Source: Macrostomum lignano (lineage: Eukaryota). Taken from it: a DNA stretch of 64,000 nucleotides. Made by a program: the position numbers and the translations under genes. The notes under the pieces are model-generated. The model ran no database searches. It worked only from the letters and a program-made list of their open reading frames with translations, and was not told the DNA's origin. Location of the stretch: the NCBI GenBank assembly GCA_002269645.1, contig NIVC01001822.1:1-64000 (forward strand). Reading direction: 5' to 3'. How positions within the stretch are numbered: the first letter of the stretch is position 1; every line of letters starts with the position of its first letter. Below are positions 1 through 12,626 of the stretch, one piece after another.

Positions 1-530
1 CATCTCCCTCCTTGGCTACCTCACTCCCACATCTCCCTCCTTGGCTACCTCACTCCCCATCTCCCTCTGGCTACCTCACTCCCCCATCTCCCTTCTGGCT
101 ACCTCACTCCCCATCTCCCTCCTTGGCTACCTCATCCTCCATCTCTCTCTCAGCTACCTCACTCCCCATCTCCCTCCTTGGCTACCTCACTCCCCATCTC
201 CCTCCTTGGCTACCTCACTCCCACATCTCCCTCCTTGGCTACCTCACTCCCCATCTCCCTCCTTGGCTACCTCACTCCTCCATCTCCCTCCTTGGCTACC
301 TTACTCCCACATCTCCCTCCTTGGCTACCTCACTCCCACATCTCCCTCCTTGGCTACCTCACTCCCACATCTCCCTCCTTGGCTACCTCACTCCCCCATC
401 TCCCTTCTGGGCTACCTCACTCCCCCATCTCCCTTCTTGGCTACCTCACTCCCCTATCTCCCTCCTTGGCTACCTCACTTCATTATCTCTCTCCTTAGCT
501 ACCTCACACCCTAACCTCCCTCTCTGGCTC
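1..530. repeat. 28-bp pyrimidine-rich minisatellite (CCCCATCTCCCTCCTTGGCTACCTCACT)n
   Basis: About 18 degenerate tandem units are visible. The three overlapping low-complexity ORFs here are by-products of the repeat. Confidence 0.95.
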
Positions 531-1426
531 TTAATCTCACTCATGATCTCACCTGAAAACTCATTCCTTAATTGAATCATGAGCTCGCAAACTAATTAAG
601 TCACTACATCCTGAAATATCTGCATCACTCCTTGTTTATTTATACCCCAGACTGCACCGACAAGAGAAGAAACAGTATTGTCCGTGTGGATGAACCATCT
701 TCTTTTTCTGCCGCTATAAGCGAGGACAGAAAGGGCAGCCAAAGGGCTAACCCGGTGTACCTCCTTGCCCCAGAGAAACCCCAAGACCTCCAATTCCTGT
801 CCTCGACAAACGTCTTGCCTGGGTCGCCTTCTCCGCTTCAGCCAAGGGAAAGCAAGATGGCATTGATTTCAAGATGCGTTTCCCAGCTGTGCCTGTCTCC
901 CTCGCGATAGTGCGCGTGGTTTCCAGTACGTACGAGCTACTAGTGCATATGCGTTGATCCAAGATAGCGGGGGAGAGAGCATTCTGGAAAGCAAAAAGAC
1001 AGACAGAGACAGACAGAAAGTATATTAAAAACTGGAAAAGCCGAGCTCTTCTAAGTCGCATCAACATCTTTTACAATTATCGTGATTAATAACTAGCAAG
1101 TAAGGCCTCTCCAGCAAGGTAAGACTGCAGTTTCTATCGACGCAAATGTGTTTACATGAGAACTTGATTGTTCAGTAAGCGGCTGCATTTATAGTTACTT
1201 CTAGTTTTTTTGTTGGGAATTCTACGGATTCGGTAAACAAGTGGAACTGGTTTTCTGTTCAGTACAGCATACATCACCCGCTGTTTGCCTGCACTTTTTT
1301 TTAACTATTGCATACTTGGACTTTGGCTTGTACTTTTAAAAGAAATTGCGTTAACGAAGAACCACATATAAAATAATAGCTTGAACCCGTTGAAATTTAA
1401 TCACAATCTGATTTGATACACCTGTT

Positions 1427-1494
1427 TAGATAGTAATTACACCTGTTTAGACAGTAATTACACCTGTTTAGACAGTAATTACACCTGTTTAGAC
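1427..1494. repeat. 21-bp minisatellite (ACACCTGTTTAGACAGTAATT)n, left part, interrupted by a MULE
   Basis: About 3 units here; the same array resumes at 4091. Confidence 0.9.
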
Positions 1495-4090
1495 GGTTTA
1501 CCCTCGATTCGCCGATTCCCGATTCGCCGATTCCTGACTCGCCGAATTCCTGACTCGCCGAATTCCTGCTTCGCCGAAATTCCTGATTTGCCGAATTCCT
1601 GATTTGCCGAATTCCTGATTTGCCGATTACCCCATTGACCGTCCACTCACACACGCACACACACAGGCGCACCATCAGCTGAACAAGTGCTTCCGGGGAT
1701 CAGACTTGGAGACAATTATTATTGTAGTTATATTATTGTAATATTGTATTTTGGATTGTATTAAAATTGTATTATTTGTATTATTATTATTACTGTAGGT
1801 GACAACAGCTGCGGAAAGTTCAGATAAAAGGATAGAAAATATGTAATAAACTCTTGTGGCAAAAATCTTATTAGTACCCGGCCCGGAAGGAACCCAGAGA
1901 AACAGAGGAACACCGAGGTTGGCGAGAACACGGAGGCGAAGCAACAGCCTCCAACAAGACTCGAATGCTTGTATATTTGGTGACGAACACGGCATTTTAT
2001 TTTTAAAAGAAGAAGAATAAAAAAAATTTAGCGAGAGCGAGAACGCAGGAGCTCCTGAGAGAAAACGGGGCATTAAAAACCCTCAGCAGGCGGAGGGGGG
2101 AGGGCCGCTGCACAAAGGAGGGTAGAGACACACAACGCACAACCCCCCCCCCACGCCAACCCCGCGCACGCACAAAGGCCCAAAACCAACCCCCCGGGGG
2201 TACTAAAGCTGGTCTGCTCAAAGGCACGCCTCAGAGCAAACCAAGGCATTATGTTACGGCAAGAGAAATGTTCAAAGCTGCATGGTTATTATGTCACGGC
2301 AAGAGAAATGTTCAAAGCTGCATGGTTATTATGTCACGGCAAGAGAAATGTTCAAAGCTGCAGCTGGTAGCCACAAGCGTCAAGGAACTGCTCCAGTGTT
2401 CTCTGGCCTGCTTAAAACTCGTCCCGGAGTCTTGCAATTGTTGTTGCCAGCCTCTTCGCGCGAGAGCTTTGCCGACTGGTGACATTGCCAGCGGCTCGTT
2501 GCTGAATGCGTGTCTGGCAGTTCCGGAGCTCCTTCACAACCTCGCGCACAAAAGAATGAACGTTGAGACGATGGTTCCCCGCGACTTGGTTGAGGGCGTG
2601 ATGACGACCCTCGGCGGCGTTGATGGTCCTGTCGTCGTCTTCACCGTAGTGGCTCCACAGTGGCGGTTGAAACTGTGCGGCCCCGTCGATCCAAGTAGTA
2701 GTCACATAGTCCATCAATGCGACCACTTGAGCATGATTCGGATGGGCTTGGGCAGGCATGTCTCCGAGGATGAACTGGAAGGCATCTTTCACTCCAGCCA
2801 GTGGCATCAACGGCAGCGCCATCAGACGCCGAACGGTTGCCCTCACCTCGGGGTCACCTTCGTACGCTGCCTTCAATCCAGCGGAGGCAACGCGGCGTAG
2901 GATGCACTGGCAGAAGTGGAAAAAGCAGCCTCGCAAAGCAGGTTGCGGATAGTGTGGCCACCTACCAGTCGCTGCGTTCATGCTTCCGGCTTCGAAGTCC
3001 GTCAGAATGGTCGTTGCCATGCAGTCATGACCTGTTACTCGACGAACCTCAGCATGTCTCATACGTTCTCTGATCCTTTGCGGGAAGCAGAAAGAAGACA
3101 AGAGGCTCCCACGCACCGAGGACCTTGCCGTGAATGATGAACAGCTGGTAGAAGATCTCAGGGCAGCAGCTGAAAGTACCATCAATCTGCAACCGTTCGC
3201 ACTCGCCAAGTCTTGCCAGCAGAGCGTCCGTCGTGAATCCAACGACCCGTGGTCCCACCAGATTCAATGCGCGCGAGTCCAAAACGGTGGCAGTGTTGAA
3301 CACCTCCGCCTCGACCTCGTAGTGCTGAGCTGTCGGAGGCAACGGTGGAACGACCGCAAGTCGAGCGTGGTATGCGGCCGTCTTGACGCTGGAGAACGTG
3401 GGCACCGTGGCGAGATCTGCACCCTCGGCAGCATTTGTCGCCACCTGGTCTCGGTAGATCCGTGCAATTGGAAGGGCAGATTCTTGTGCCTGCGCCTTCA
3501 CTGTCTCGGCAAAAGCTTTGCGCTTGAGAGCGGCGGCCGATGGCGGCGGGTGTTCGTGACTTCCAGACGTCGACGTCACAAACCCGTCTTCAACATTGAC
3601 CCGAGAATTGCAGCGTTCCTCTCGGCACTTGTAGTAGGAAGCCACCAGACTCTTTTTGTCCACGCGATACAGGTAGCCATCGCGGAGCAGAAGCTGGCCT
3701 CCCGTTCGCTCACTACGAATTCGGCCCTTTCGGGTGCGGGTCCGGCCTGAGCCATAACTTATGTTGTCTTGAGGTCACTGGCTCACGTGTTGAGTTGTAT
3801 TTACAAAAGTGTGACTGCCTCAACTGGAAATCTGGCCCTTATATACGAGCGTGCGGACAGGGCTAGGCAGGAGAGCCTCCAGAGCTGGCCAATCACAACC
3901 CGGCCCACCTGGCATGCATCCACTTCCACCTGTGGCGTCGCACAATTAGAAACTGGAAGGTTCGGCGAGTCAGGAATTCGGCAAATCAGGAATTCGCGAG
4001 TCAGGAATTCGGCGAATCGGGAATTCGGCGAATCGGGAATCGGCGAATCGGGAATCGGAGAATCGGGATTCGGCGAATCGGGGGTAAACC
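1495..4090 (-). mobile_element. Mutator-like (FLYWCH-MULE, Phantom-like) DNA transposon, 2596 bp
   Basis: Termini are GGTTTACCC...GGGTAAACC. The ~130-bp inverted ends are built from GCCGAATTCCTGA-type subrepeats. 8-bp TSD GTTTAGAC at 1487-1494 and 4091-4098. Contains a transposase remnant. Confidence 0.92.
2352..3755 (-). pseudogene. FLYWCH + MULE DDE transposase, disrupted
   Basis: ATG at 3755. FLYWCH (DGYLYRVDKK..YYKC....C..R..H.H), IDGTF, TDFE, GCFFH and RTINAAEG motifs. Frameshifts near 3700 and 3055, and an in-frame TAA at 2412 followed by the expected tail AGQRTLEQFLDACGYQLQL* ending at 2352. Confidence 0.88.
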
Positions 4091-4290
4091 GTTTAGACAG
4101 TAATTACACCTTTTTAGACAGTACTTACACCTGTTTAGACAGTAATCACACCTGTTTAGACAGTAATTACACCTGTTTAGACAGTAATTACACCTGTTTA
4201 GACAGTAATTACACCTGTTGAGACAGTAATTACACCTGTTTGGACAGTAATAACACCTGTTTAGACAGTAACTACACCTATTTACACCTA
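4091..4290. repeat. 21-bp minisatellite, right part
   Basis: About 9 units of GTTTAGACAGTAATTACACCT. Confidence 0.93.
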
Positions 4291-4304
4291 TAAGTGAATT
4301 TATA

Positions 4305-4535
4305 CCTCACTTCCCCATCTCCCTCCTTGGCTACCTCACTCCATCATCTCTTTCATTGGCTACCTCACTCCATCATCTCCCTCCTTAGCTACCTCACTCC
4401 CCCATCTCCCTTCTTGGCTACCTCACTCCATCATCTCCCTCCTGGGCTACCTCACTTCCCCATCTCCCTTCTTGGCTACCTCACTCCACCATCTCCCTTC
4501 TTGGCTACCTCACTCCATCATCTCCCTCCTTGGCT
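4305..4535. repeat. 28-bp minisatellite, second block, same family as 1-530
   Basis: GGCTACCTCACTCC..ATCTCCCT units. Confidence 0.92.
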
Positions 4536-4612
4536 AAATTAATCACAGCTGCTTCTATAGAAAGTGAACTACATCAGCGCGTCGTCTTGCACTTCTCACA
4601 GACTTCGTCAGC

Positions 4613-5107
4613 ATGTCGTCGTCCACGTCCCAGAAGCAACCTCGCAAGGTGCTCATCGCAGTTGACGGCAGTGCTCACAGCAATCGCGCTCTGAACTGGT
4701 ACGCCGCCAATCTGGCCAGCCCGGATGACCAGCTGGTGTTTGCCTACGTCGCCGAGCCGCCCCCAGTCAGCCTGGGAGCCGGGTACGCCAGCGCCGTGTC
4801 CGCGGAGCTGTACACCAACAGCGTCAAGGAGGCGGTGCACGCCGGGCACCGACTGGCAGCGGAACTCCGCGACCGCTGCGACCAGCTCGGCCTGCCAACC
4901 GATTGCAACGTTCGATTTGTTGAACGATTGTCCGCCAATCCCGGACAGGCTCTGGTTGCCATAGCAACCGAAGAAGACGCTTCGCTGATTGTGGTTGGCA
5001 ATCGCGGCATCGGGGCTCTTCGACGCACCTTTCTTGGCAGCGTGTCTGACTACGTACTGCATCATGCTCACCGGCCTGTGGCCATAGTTCCGCCGCCGCA
5101 CCCGTAG
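4613..5107 (+). CDS. Universal stress protein (UspA domain), 164 aa, intronless
   Basis: N-terminal KVLIAVDGSAHS..AL.W motif and C-terminal IVVGNRGIGALRRTFLGSVSDYVLHHAHRPVAIVPP, which carries the G-2X-G-9X-G(S/T) ATP-binding motif. Confidence 0.95.
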   Translation: MSSSTSQKQPRKVLIAVDGSAHSNRALNWYAANLASPDDQLVFAYVAEPPPVSLGAGYASAVSAELYTNSVKEAVHAGHRLAAELRDRCDQLGLPTDCNVRFVERLSANPGQALVAIATEEDASLIVVGNRGIGALRRTFLGSVSDYVLHHAHRPVAIVPPPHP

Positions 5108-6680
5108 CAGCAGCAAGGAGCTCGAGACCACGTCTTAGAAACTATGTCCTTGTTTATTCTGCCGAATTATGGCTTCGAAAAAAAATTAATATTGTGTTTT
5201 CTGTTTGTCCTCTCTGACAGCCTCTTCTGTTTGTCATCTCTTGACAGCCTCTTCTGTTTGGTATCATTGTGTGCACTATATAAGTTATCTAGCCTAAGAG
5301 ACATATTCAGTCAACTTTTAATTGAGGTCGTTTCATAATTTTAATAAATTTCACCATTCATTATTCCTAACTTTCTTCTTCGAAATAGTTTATAAGCAAT
5401 ATTAATAGATACATTATCGAGTATTGATTTTTTAGATTTTTTGTGTTAATCAAAGTAAGTGCTATTCCATGACATTATGCCAGAATATAATTCATTCATT
5501 CATATTCGCTACTTTCAGTTGAGTAGTAAGTTAAACAGTAGCATTTTAGTGTATTTTTAATTAAAGCCAAGGCTCATTTATTGGCTCTTACCCCAAACTT
5601 AAACCTCCAACCGCGCCTTTCCCCACAATCCCCCCGCCACCCCGCCCCGTTCCTATTTTTATTGCCTTTCTCAGAATTCCAGCCTAAAGCGGCCATGTAC
5701 ATTTCAGTGGACTGGCCAATGTACATTATTGCTGAACAAATTAGCAAGTTGTTTACGCCTGCAAGCTTGGGCTTCTAAATCTTAACTTATCAAAGTCATT
5801 TCAGCTGCCTTGTTTTTGTAAAATAGCTTATGTATTCTTCTTTGCTACTGAACTGAAAGTAGAAAGCTGCTTTACTAAGTATATATGCCTGAGTGGGCGA
5901 GTGACCCATCTACGAGCGTAGAAAATTACAGTTAATTAAGCATATTTACGAGTGCAATATTTACTTCAAGTTCAGTTCAACAGTATCGGGTTTTGAAATT
6001 GTTTTAAGATAAAATGAAACAACAGCCAAAAGTTGTATATGCAATCAAATCCAGTAAATTTATATACGACCCGAAAGTGCTAGTAACGGAAGATCAATGC
6101 TAAGATCAATGCTATTTTAGTTTTCGGAGTTGTGATATTTCTGGTTTGCAATTCCCTCCGTTCCGTGCACGAACCTCTAATTCAGGTTTACCAGCTTTAA
6201 CTCTCTTTTCGAATGCGCATCGATTCTTTCACAGCCCAAATGAGCTTACAAGGTGTTAAAACTTGTAATTAACGATACACCAGATCCCTCGTACACCCAA
6301 ACATTCTGTACGAGCTCGTAGTTTATCTTAGGACCGTTAAAAATTAAAAAAGAGACGACATGTGTTTGAAACTACATTTATTAGTAACTATAACTACTCT
6401 GTCGTAAAAAAACCATTCTCAAAGTTAAGAAACATACACTTCCCGTTCTCGTTTGATTTTTTATTTGACAAAGATTTTTTATACAACTGAACTCCTACGA
6501 GTCGATTAATCAGTAAGTTTTTTGTAGACAGTCCAATTGATTCGAAGCTAGAATCACTCGCCAGAATTAACCATAGAAATATCAATCTAAAGCGGAACTT
6601 CCAAGTCCCTTGGTCTAACAGTAGTCTTTCTACTACCCTCCGCTACTCTTCAGTAGTCCATGGTATAAGTAGTCTTTGTA

Positions 6681-9600
6681 CTAAACAGCCTCAGCTGTAA
6701 CGGACAATGAGTCGGGATTTTCTTTGCTGTTCGGTTCGGCCGGGTTCCTTTCATAGGGCGGAGGCTTTACATCCGTCGACGCCGTGAAGGCGGTCGGCGT
6801 AGGCGACGAACTTGAAGTTCCGGCGACAGGTTGCTGCGAGTCACCAGCGGCAGGCATCGGGGCCACTTTGTTGCCAGCAGAGGACGGTCTTTCGGTGAGC
6901 TCGACGTCAACCTGAGCGAGGCAATTCAGAAGTGGTTTTATTTTATATATGATGTTCATAACTTGATTCCTTTGATAGAAAAAGACCAGAAGAAATGGTG
7001 AAAGATGTCTGCCCATCCCGTGGATATCCCACAGAGTGCATTAGATCTCTTAATACGGTATTAGGTTTCTATAGGTGAAGAGAGGTTGTAGCCTAGTGGA
7101 TAGAGCGTTGGACCCACGAATGAAAGGTCGGGGGTTCGGTTCTCGACCCACTCAAAACAATATGTGTCCTTGAGCAAGACGCTAAACTCTGCATTGCTTA
7201 AAGGTGTGTTTGGCGACCCCCCAGTCCCTGGACTGAACAGCAGTACTCAACCTTCAGATGCGCCGCGCAATAGCTTATTACGCGCCCATTAGGGCAAGCG
7301 TTATCAATATTCTTAATTATTATAATAAAGGTGAAGGTTTTAGGCATGGTGGGGCCTTGAGGAGTTAGATTTACAGTTGAAGGCGATACATTTCTAGTGG
7401 TTGAATGCAAATTGTGTTACAGGTATTCTAATAACGGACAAAAAAGTAAAATATTGGTTGTTAAAACTTAAATAAACACCCATAATTGGGATCCCGTACA
7501 TTTTTGCCTGGTTTTAATTTGTTTGAGATCGAATTTCAGCACTGGCTATTTTTAGAGGCAGGGAGGTGTATGCACCATGGCGAACTTTAAGCGACATTGT
7601 CACACAACCGGGGAGAGGCATTACTGCCCATTCCACTGACTCCGCTGAGCAGGCACGCAAGATACGTACGCAGTCATACGTACAGGCACACACAAAGGAG
7701 TGTACAGCGGCCCTAACTTTATTTATCGTTAGGCATGTACACTTCACTGGGCCTCGGGGGTTGGCCCTCAAAGCCGTTAATTGCACGCGCAGACTCAAGC
7801 CGAGATTCCAATTCAGCCCCATATTAATGTGACAGCATTTGGAATCGAGCCTGGGCCGCTAGACCAGCAAGCCATGACCCCCTTTACACAGGCAAAGTGC
7901 TCTCACAATATTCGGTCGTTTATCCTCTTCTTCGGCCGCGTACTCGAACTCGTCCCTGGCCTGGATGTCGATGCCGCAGCTGGTGAACTCCTGACAGCCC
8001 ATTGGGAAGCAACAGCACAGCTTGTGCACTAGCGGGACGACGTACTTGTGGTCCGGGCGTTTGTAGCCTGCAAAATCGGGTGCGAGCACCCAGCTAAATT
8101 TGTTATACGAAGTGAAAAAGGCAAGAAATTTTGCTTTTTACTGTCTACAGAGTAATCAATTAGGTGCCTTATGTTTGAATCTCAAAATTTTTAACAGGCT
8201 GTGGATGATCAATCGAGCAATTCACTAGTTAAATCTATAGCTAGTCTAGGACTAAAAGTACATCGAATTAAGAAAAGTCCCGGGATTTCTAAGACCGTTC
8301 TTATTGCTAAGAGAGAATTTTATTTTCGGTAATTATTAAATGTTTTGTAAATAAAATGCCATTCTCAATAGCTTTGTTACACATGTAAATAACTTATAAT
8401 TCATAGCTACCAGGGGCTCAGGGTGCAAATCAACAAAACCGACTCACCCCAGATGAGGTTTGTAATCAGAGAGACCAGCACGCCCAAAATGACGGTGACC
8501 AAAAGTCCGAATAGAGTATACCACAGGTAGGATAGCTGGTAAAACTTCTGTAGACCGCTTGCTTCTCTGCAATTTATGCGCGCAATCGCACGTGAAAAAT
8601 GTTTAGTTTGGCTGACGTCTACTAGAGTTATGTTACGATTTTGAAATACCACTTACAGTGGCGACGCAACGTTCGTAGAGAACGTGCCCATGGTTGGCCG
8701 AGGCACATTGCACATGCTGGTGTTGCCGGGCAGGCTGATCTCCTGGTTGCCAGCAGAGTAAGAACCGATGCTCACCCACATGTTGATGGCCAAGCCGGCT
8801 ACAGCTCCGACGAAGGCCCCGTATTTGTTAACGATGGGGATGAACGCGCCCATGATGAACAGGCCTAGAGACGGGGCCCCCACGGCGCCAGTGAACGACA
8901 GGGACGCTTGCAGCACCGTGCCGCCAAGGTTGATGGCTATAAAGCCGAAGCCGGTGCCCAAGATGCCGAAGATCAGCGTGAGAATTCGGTTAATCCAGCC
9001 GGACTTTGTCTCGGATGCGTCCTTGAAGAATAGCGGCTCAAGGATGTCCTTCCAGGTAATGGCGGCGCAAGCGTTTAGGGAAGAAGACACGGAGCTGTAA
9101 CCAAGTGTTTTACCTTGTTAATTTGTAGAATGGCATTGTAATTTCATTAACAAATTGCGCTAACTTACCTGAGAGCTCCGGCAAAGAGTGAAGCAACGAA
9201 TAATCCAGGGATAGAGTAGTACTGGCCAAGCTGGTCCATCACGTAGTACGGAACGATCTAAAGGACGTGTTTTGTGATTATTTATTCATGAAAAAAACCA
9301 GGGCAAGAGAATTTATTACATGTACTTTTAAAGGTAAATCCTTTCACAGGTTAAAGTTACGACGTCGAGGAAAATGAGTATTCTAACATTACGCCGACGA
9401 ATGACGACGTCATACGTCCGGTTGAACGTCTGTGTAATGTAGAAGTACACATTTGCAGCGACGTCCATCGACGTAGGAACGTCGGCCAAGAAATCACCGA
9501 CGTCGGATTGCTAATAACCATGTCAGATTTCTAACAAAGAAGTCGGGTTGCAAATAACCACATCAGGTTGCTAATAAAGATGTCGGATTGCTAATAAAGA

Positions 9601-11660
9601 CGTCGAATTGCTAACAACAGCGTTGGATTGCTAATAGCAACGTCGGATTGCTAACAATAGCGTCGTATTGCTAATAACAACATTGGATTGCTAATAACAA
9701 CGTCGGATTGCTAATAACGACGTCGGATTGCTAATGGTAACATAGGCTTGCTGTACTGGAGATCAATAATGTTTTACATAATGTAGAACAAAGCTATGAA
9801 GTTGTACAGCAAAACGCTGCACCATGAGACCGATAGTTGACTCAATGCTTACATCATTCTTTCCTCTGGCCCAGCCGATTCCATTGATGTCGCAGCCGAT
9901 GTATTGGTAGTAGGCGAAAATGACCATTCCAGCAGCGCTGGCTGTCCACGTAAGAATCATCGCTCCAGGTATGTTGATCCACAGAGACCTGTTGGAATCG
10001 GGACCGGGATAAGAGACAGTGACACCCATATATAAGAGACAGTGGTGTGCACCTAAGAGACAGTGGCGCCAATATAAGACCCTGCCTTTGCCACTGCTTC
10101 GAGGTAAAGCAGATTCCTAATTATCGCGAAGAAAATAAATAAAAACCAGTCAAATTCGAAAAAAAATTCTTACTGTCTAGCCTTGGAGATGCTTGGCAAC
10201 GCGCAATACCGCTGCACTGCTGCCTGATTAACGCCGTAGGTGCCGAGCCAGCCAACCGCACTGCCAATCGTCAGGCCCCAGAATGTGTGTCGAACAGTGG
10301 GATCGAAGCTGAACCTGTACAGGAAACAAAATGCTTGTTGTTAACGTTTAGCAGCTGATGCTACACGAGCTAAAGAAGTAAAAATTAGAAGTTTTGAAAC
10401 AGGTTCAGTGGTGGCTAATTTACTGGCGATTCTACTATGAGTAGATATTTAAGTAAGTAAAGCAAAAAAATTATCAGCACGTGTCAGACGCATCAAGACG
10501 TGTGGTAAGCATTCGACGCCGACTCATCCGACCTTTCCGGCATTTTTCTTCTGACGTTGGTAGAGACGTCCGGTGGTTAATATGGATTAAACTTCATTTT
10601 TTAGAACTATTAAATTTAGGCAACGTGAAAGCGCGTTGAAAATTACGCATCGATAATGGGGTTGTTTGGTTGCATGAGTTGCATTAATCTGGAGGTACAC
10701 CCAGTGTGAGTGCGAACCTACGTACGCTTGTACGTATGCATGTGCCAAGGATAGATCAACAGCAACTCACTCGTCAAACTGAATCCGGCCGTATTTTTCA
10801 TTGATCGCCCAAACATTTGCCGGACCACCCACATCGATCGTGCCCTTGATGATGATGGCAAAGATGCCAATAAGCATGATGCCAGCTTGGAACACGTCGG
10901 TCCAAACCACAGCTTTGATTCCACCCAGCAACGTGTAAGCTGTCCCAATGACTCCCGAGGCTGCGATGGACATGTAAATATTGAAGGAGCCACCGGAGCA
11001 GAAATCCATGGCGGCCGAGGGAGCGTACATTGCGATACCCATGTACAGGATCTGATGGGAGGCGATAATTTACAAGCAAAAGTTAGCCACAAGTGTTATG
11101 TGAATCTCTTTCAAGGCACTCACCGAAGACAAAATGTAGAACAGGTTGCCCAAAATCCTGACAGCTTTCGATTCGAAACGAAGCTCGAGATACTGTAATA
11201 AAATGGCCATGCAGAAGATGTTTAATCCATAAATGGCTGTTTTAAATTAACTATCAGGTAACCTTTTTACCTCAAACGAGCTGGTCAGTTTCAGCGGATA
11301 GAACAGCGGCACAAAGATCAGTGACGCCAGAATGATGGCGATCACCTTTCCAATCGTGTAGAGCAGGTACATCGTTCCATTTAAGTAGAGCTCCGCCGGA
11401 GCGCCAAGTATCAGTATAGCTGAGGTGAAAGACACTAAAATGCTGACCGCTACAGGCACCAACGACAGGCTGCGGTTGCCCGTAAGGAACTCTTTAGCGG
11501 TTCGCTGGCGATCTCCAGCGAAGGCGAAGTAGATCCCGATGCCCAATGAGACGGACAAGAACAGAGAAAACACAACGTAGTCGACCCAGTGCATAGTCCG
11601 ATGTACCTGGTCTACCAGAGGCGACGCCGTGGTAGTTACTGTTACGATTGCTGAGTTCAT
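6681..11660 (-). CDS. SLC5 sodium:solute symporter (SMCT/SMVT/NIS-like), 10 exons, about 684 aa
   Basis: GT-AG exons 11660-11271, 11192-11124, 11051-10771, 10314-10174, 9988-9853, 9257-9169, 9094-8657, 8566-8448, 8067-7907 and 6911-6681 total 2055 nt in frame. Motifs: DYVVF..., [39 protein letters not shown]. Confidence 0.93.
7083..7326 (+). mobile_element. tRNA-derived SINE with CORE-like segment, in the last SLC5 intron
   Basis: A box TAGCCTAGTGG (7089) and B-box-like GGTTCGGTTCT (7133). These are followed by GTGTCCTTGAGCAAGACGCTAAACTCT, which resembles the CORE-SINE core, and an AT-rich tail ATTATTATAAT. Confidence 0.7.
7570..7735 (+). repeat. Dispersed repeat, diverged homolog of 25295-25460
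   Basis: Shared collinear blocks CGACAT.GTC.CACAACC, GCCCATTC..C.GACTCC, CGCA.TCATAC and AG.GTGTACA..GCCCT.AACTTT. Confidence 0.6.
9360..9745. repeat. GACGTC-rich transposon remnant running into a 20-bp minisatellite (CGTCGGATTGCTAATAACAA)n
   Basis: About 11 units at 9500-9745. The upstream GACGTC motifs resemble the subterminal repeats of the 12627-14295 element. Confidence 0.7.
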
Positions 11661-12626
11661 CGGCTCGGATTGGATTCTAGTACTGTGCTTTCACCTTAAC
11701 CGTAGTCTTTCACTGCAGTTATTGACAGAAAAAGTTTCTCTGGAGGCGCCTAATAGAGCCTTTAACTAGCTTTCTCTTGTTGCCTATCCGTTGTCAGTGG
11801 CAACAAAACGCCACGAATGCTTCACATGTTTAAATTTACATGAAGACTTTAAACTCGCAGTCAATGACAACGACAGACAACAAATTCCGAAGAACAGTAA
11901 CTATCACATGACTGGGCGAAAGTGTGTTTATCTTGATTGCTCTGAGATTGGGAGTGCAAAGGTTCAGTGCGGCATTTTTTAATTTTAAGAGCAAGGATTT
12001 TTACTTGGGTCCGCGTGCGCGTCAGGCAAATGCCAGTTCGCCTGCTTTCGGTGGAGCTTGTTAGAAAAGGCAAGAGATTTTTCAGATAAAACAAATTTAG
12101 CATACATTGATAGGAATTTTTCAAGTCACTCCTGAGTTTAGTGTATTTTACATTTAAGATACGAGCTATAAAATACTCATATCACTCGCTATTAGACCTT
12201 GTTTGTCAAGTATTTTTGCGGCTCACTTTGCTTAGCTTTAAATTTAAGCAGCTTCGCCATTGTGGCCCGAATTTACTTGGCTACGTAAAAGAACCTTGGC
12301 CAAAAAAGATTCATTTTTTATTTGCTGAACGATATTCAGCAAAGTTTATCACACAGACAGTATAAATACACAATTACAAAAATGAGCTGAGATATAGCAA
12401 AAATCGATTAAATCAACTAAAAAACAAGCTACCTTAGTGCGTCCAAAAAGTTCTTAGACACCCTCCTATCTCTGCATCTGTTCAATCGATCTTTATAAAA
12501 ATTTACACAAACCTGGGCTTATATCTAATGAATTCAGTGCTTAAGTTTCAGCTTAATCAGGTTGACAGAGCAAAAGCAATCGATCATTTACTGAGGAAGC
12601 AATACGATTTAAAACTTAACAAAATG

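Noticed and set aside
12-575. Long ORFs over tandem arrays (also 4294-4542, 23901-24891, 29306-29719, 45363-46882, 53418-53744, 61306-62252)
   Set aside because: They are stop-free translations of minisatellites in several frames and strands, with no coding signature.
747-1067. ORF with an N-terminal hydrophobic anchor, like a type II glycosyltransferase start
   Set aside because: It stops after 106 aa, and no recognisable catalytic motif or supporting downstream exon is in the window.
7083-7155. Possible tRNA gene
   Set aside because: No convincing acceptor stem, an imperfect B box and no poly-T terminator. It continues into a SINE-like body.
9853-9857. SLC5 exon junction reads ND|IVPY where relatives often have DQ
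   Set aside because: The frame is intact with canonical splice sites. A simple sequence variant explains it and no micro-exon can be supported.
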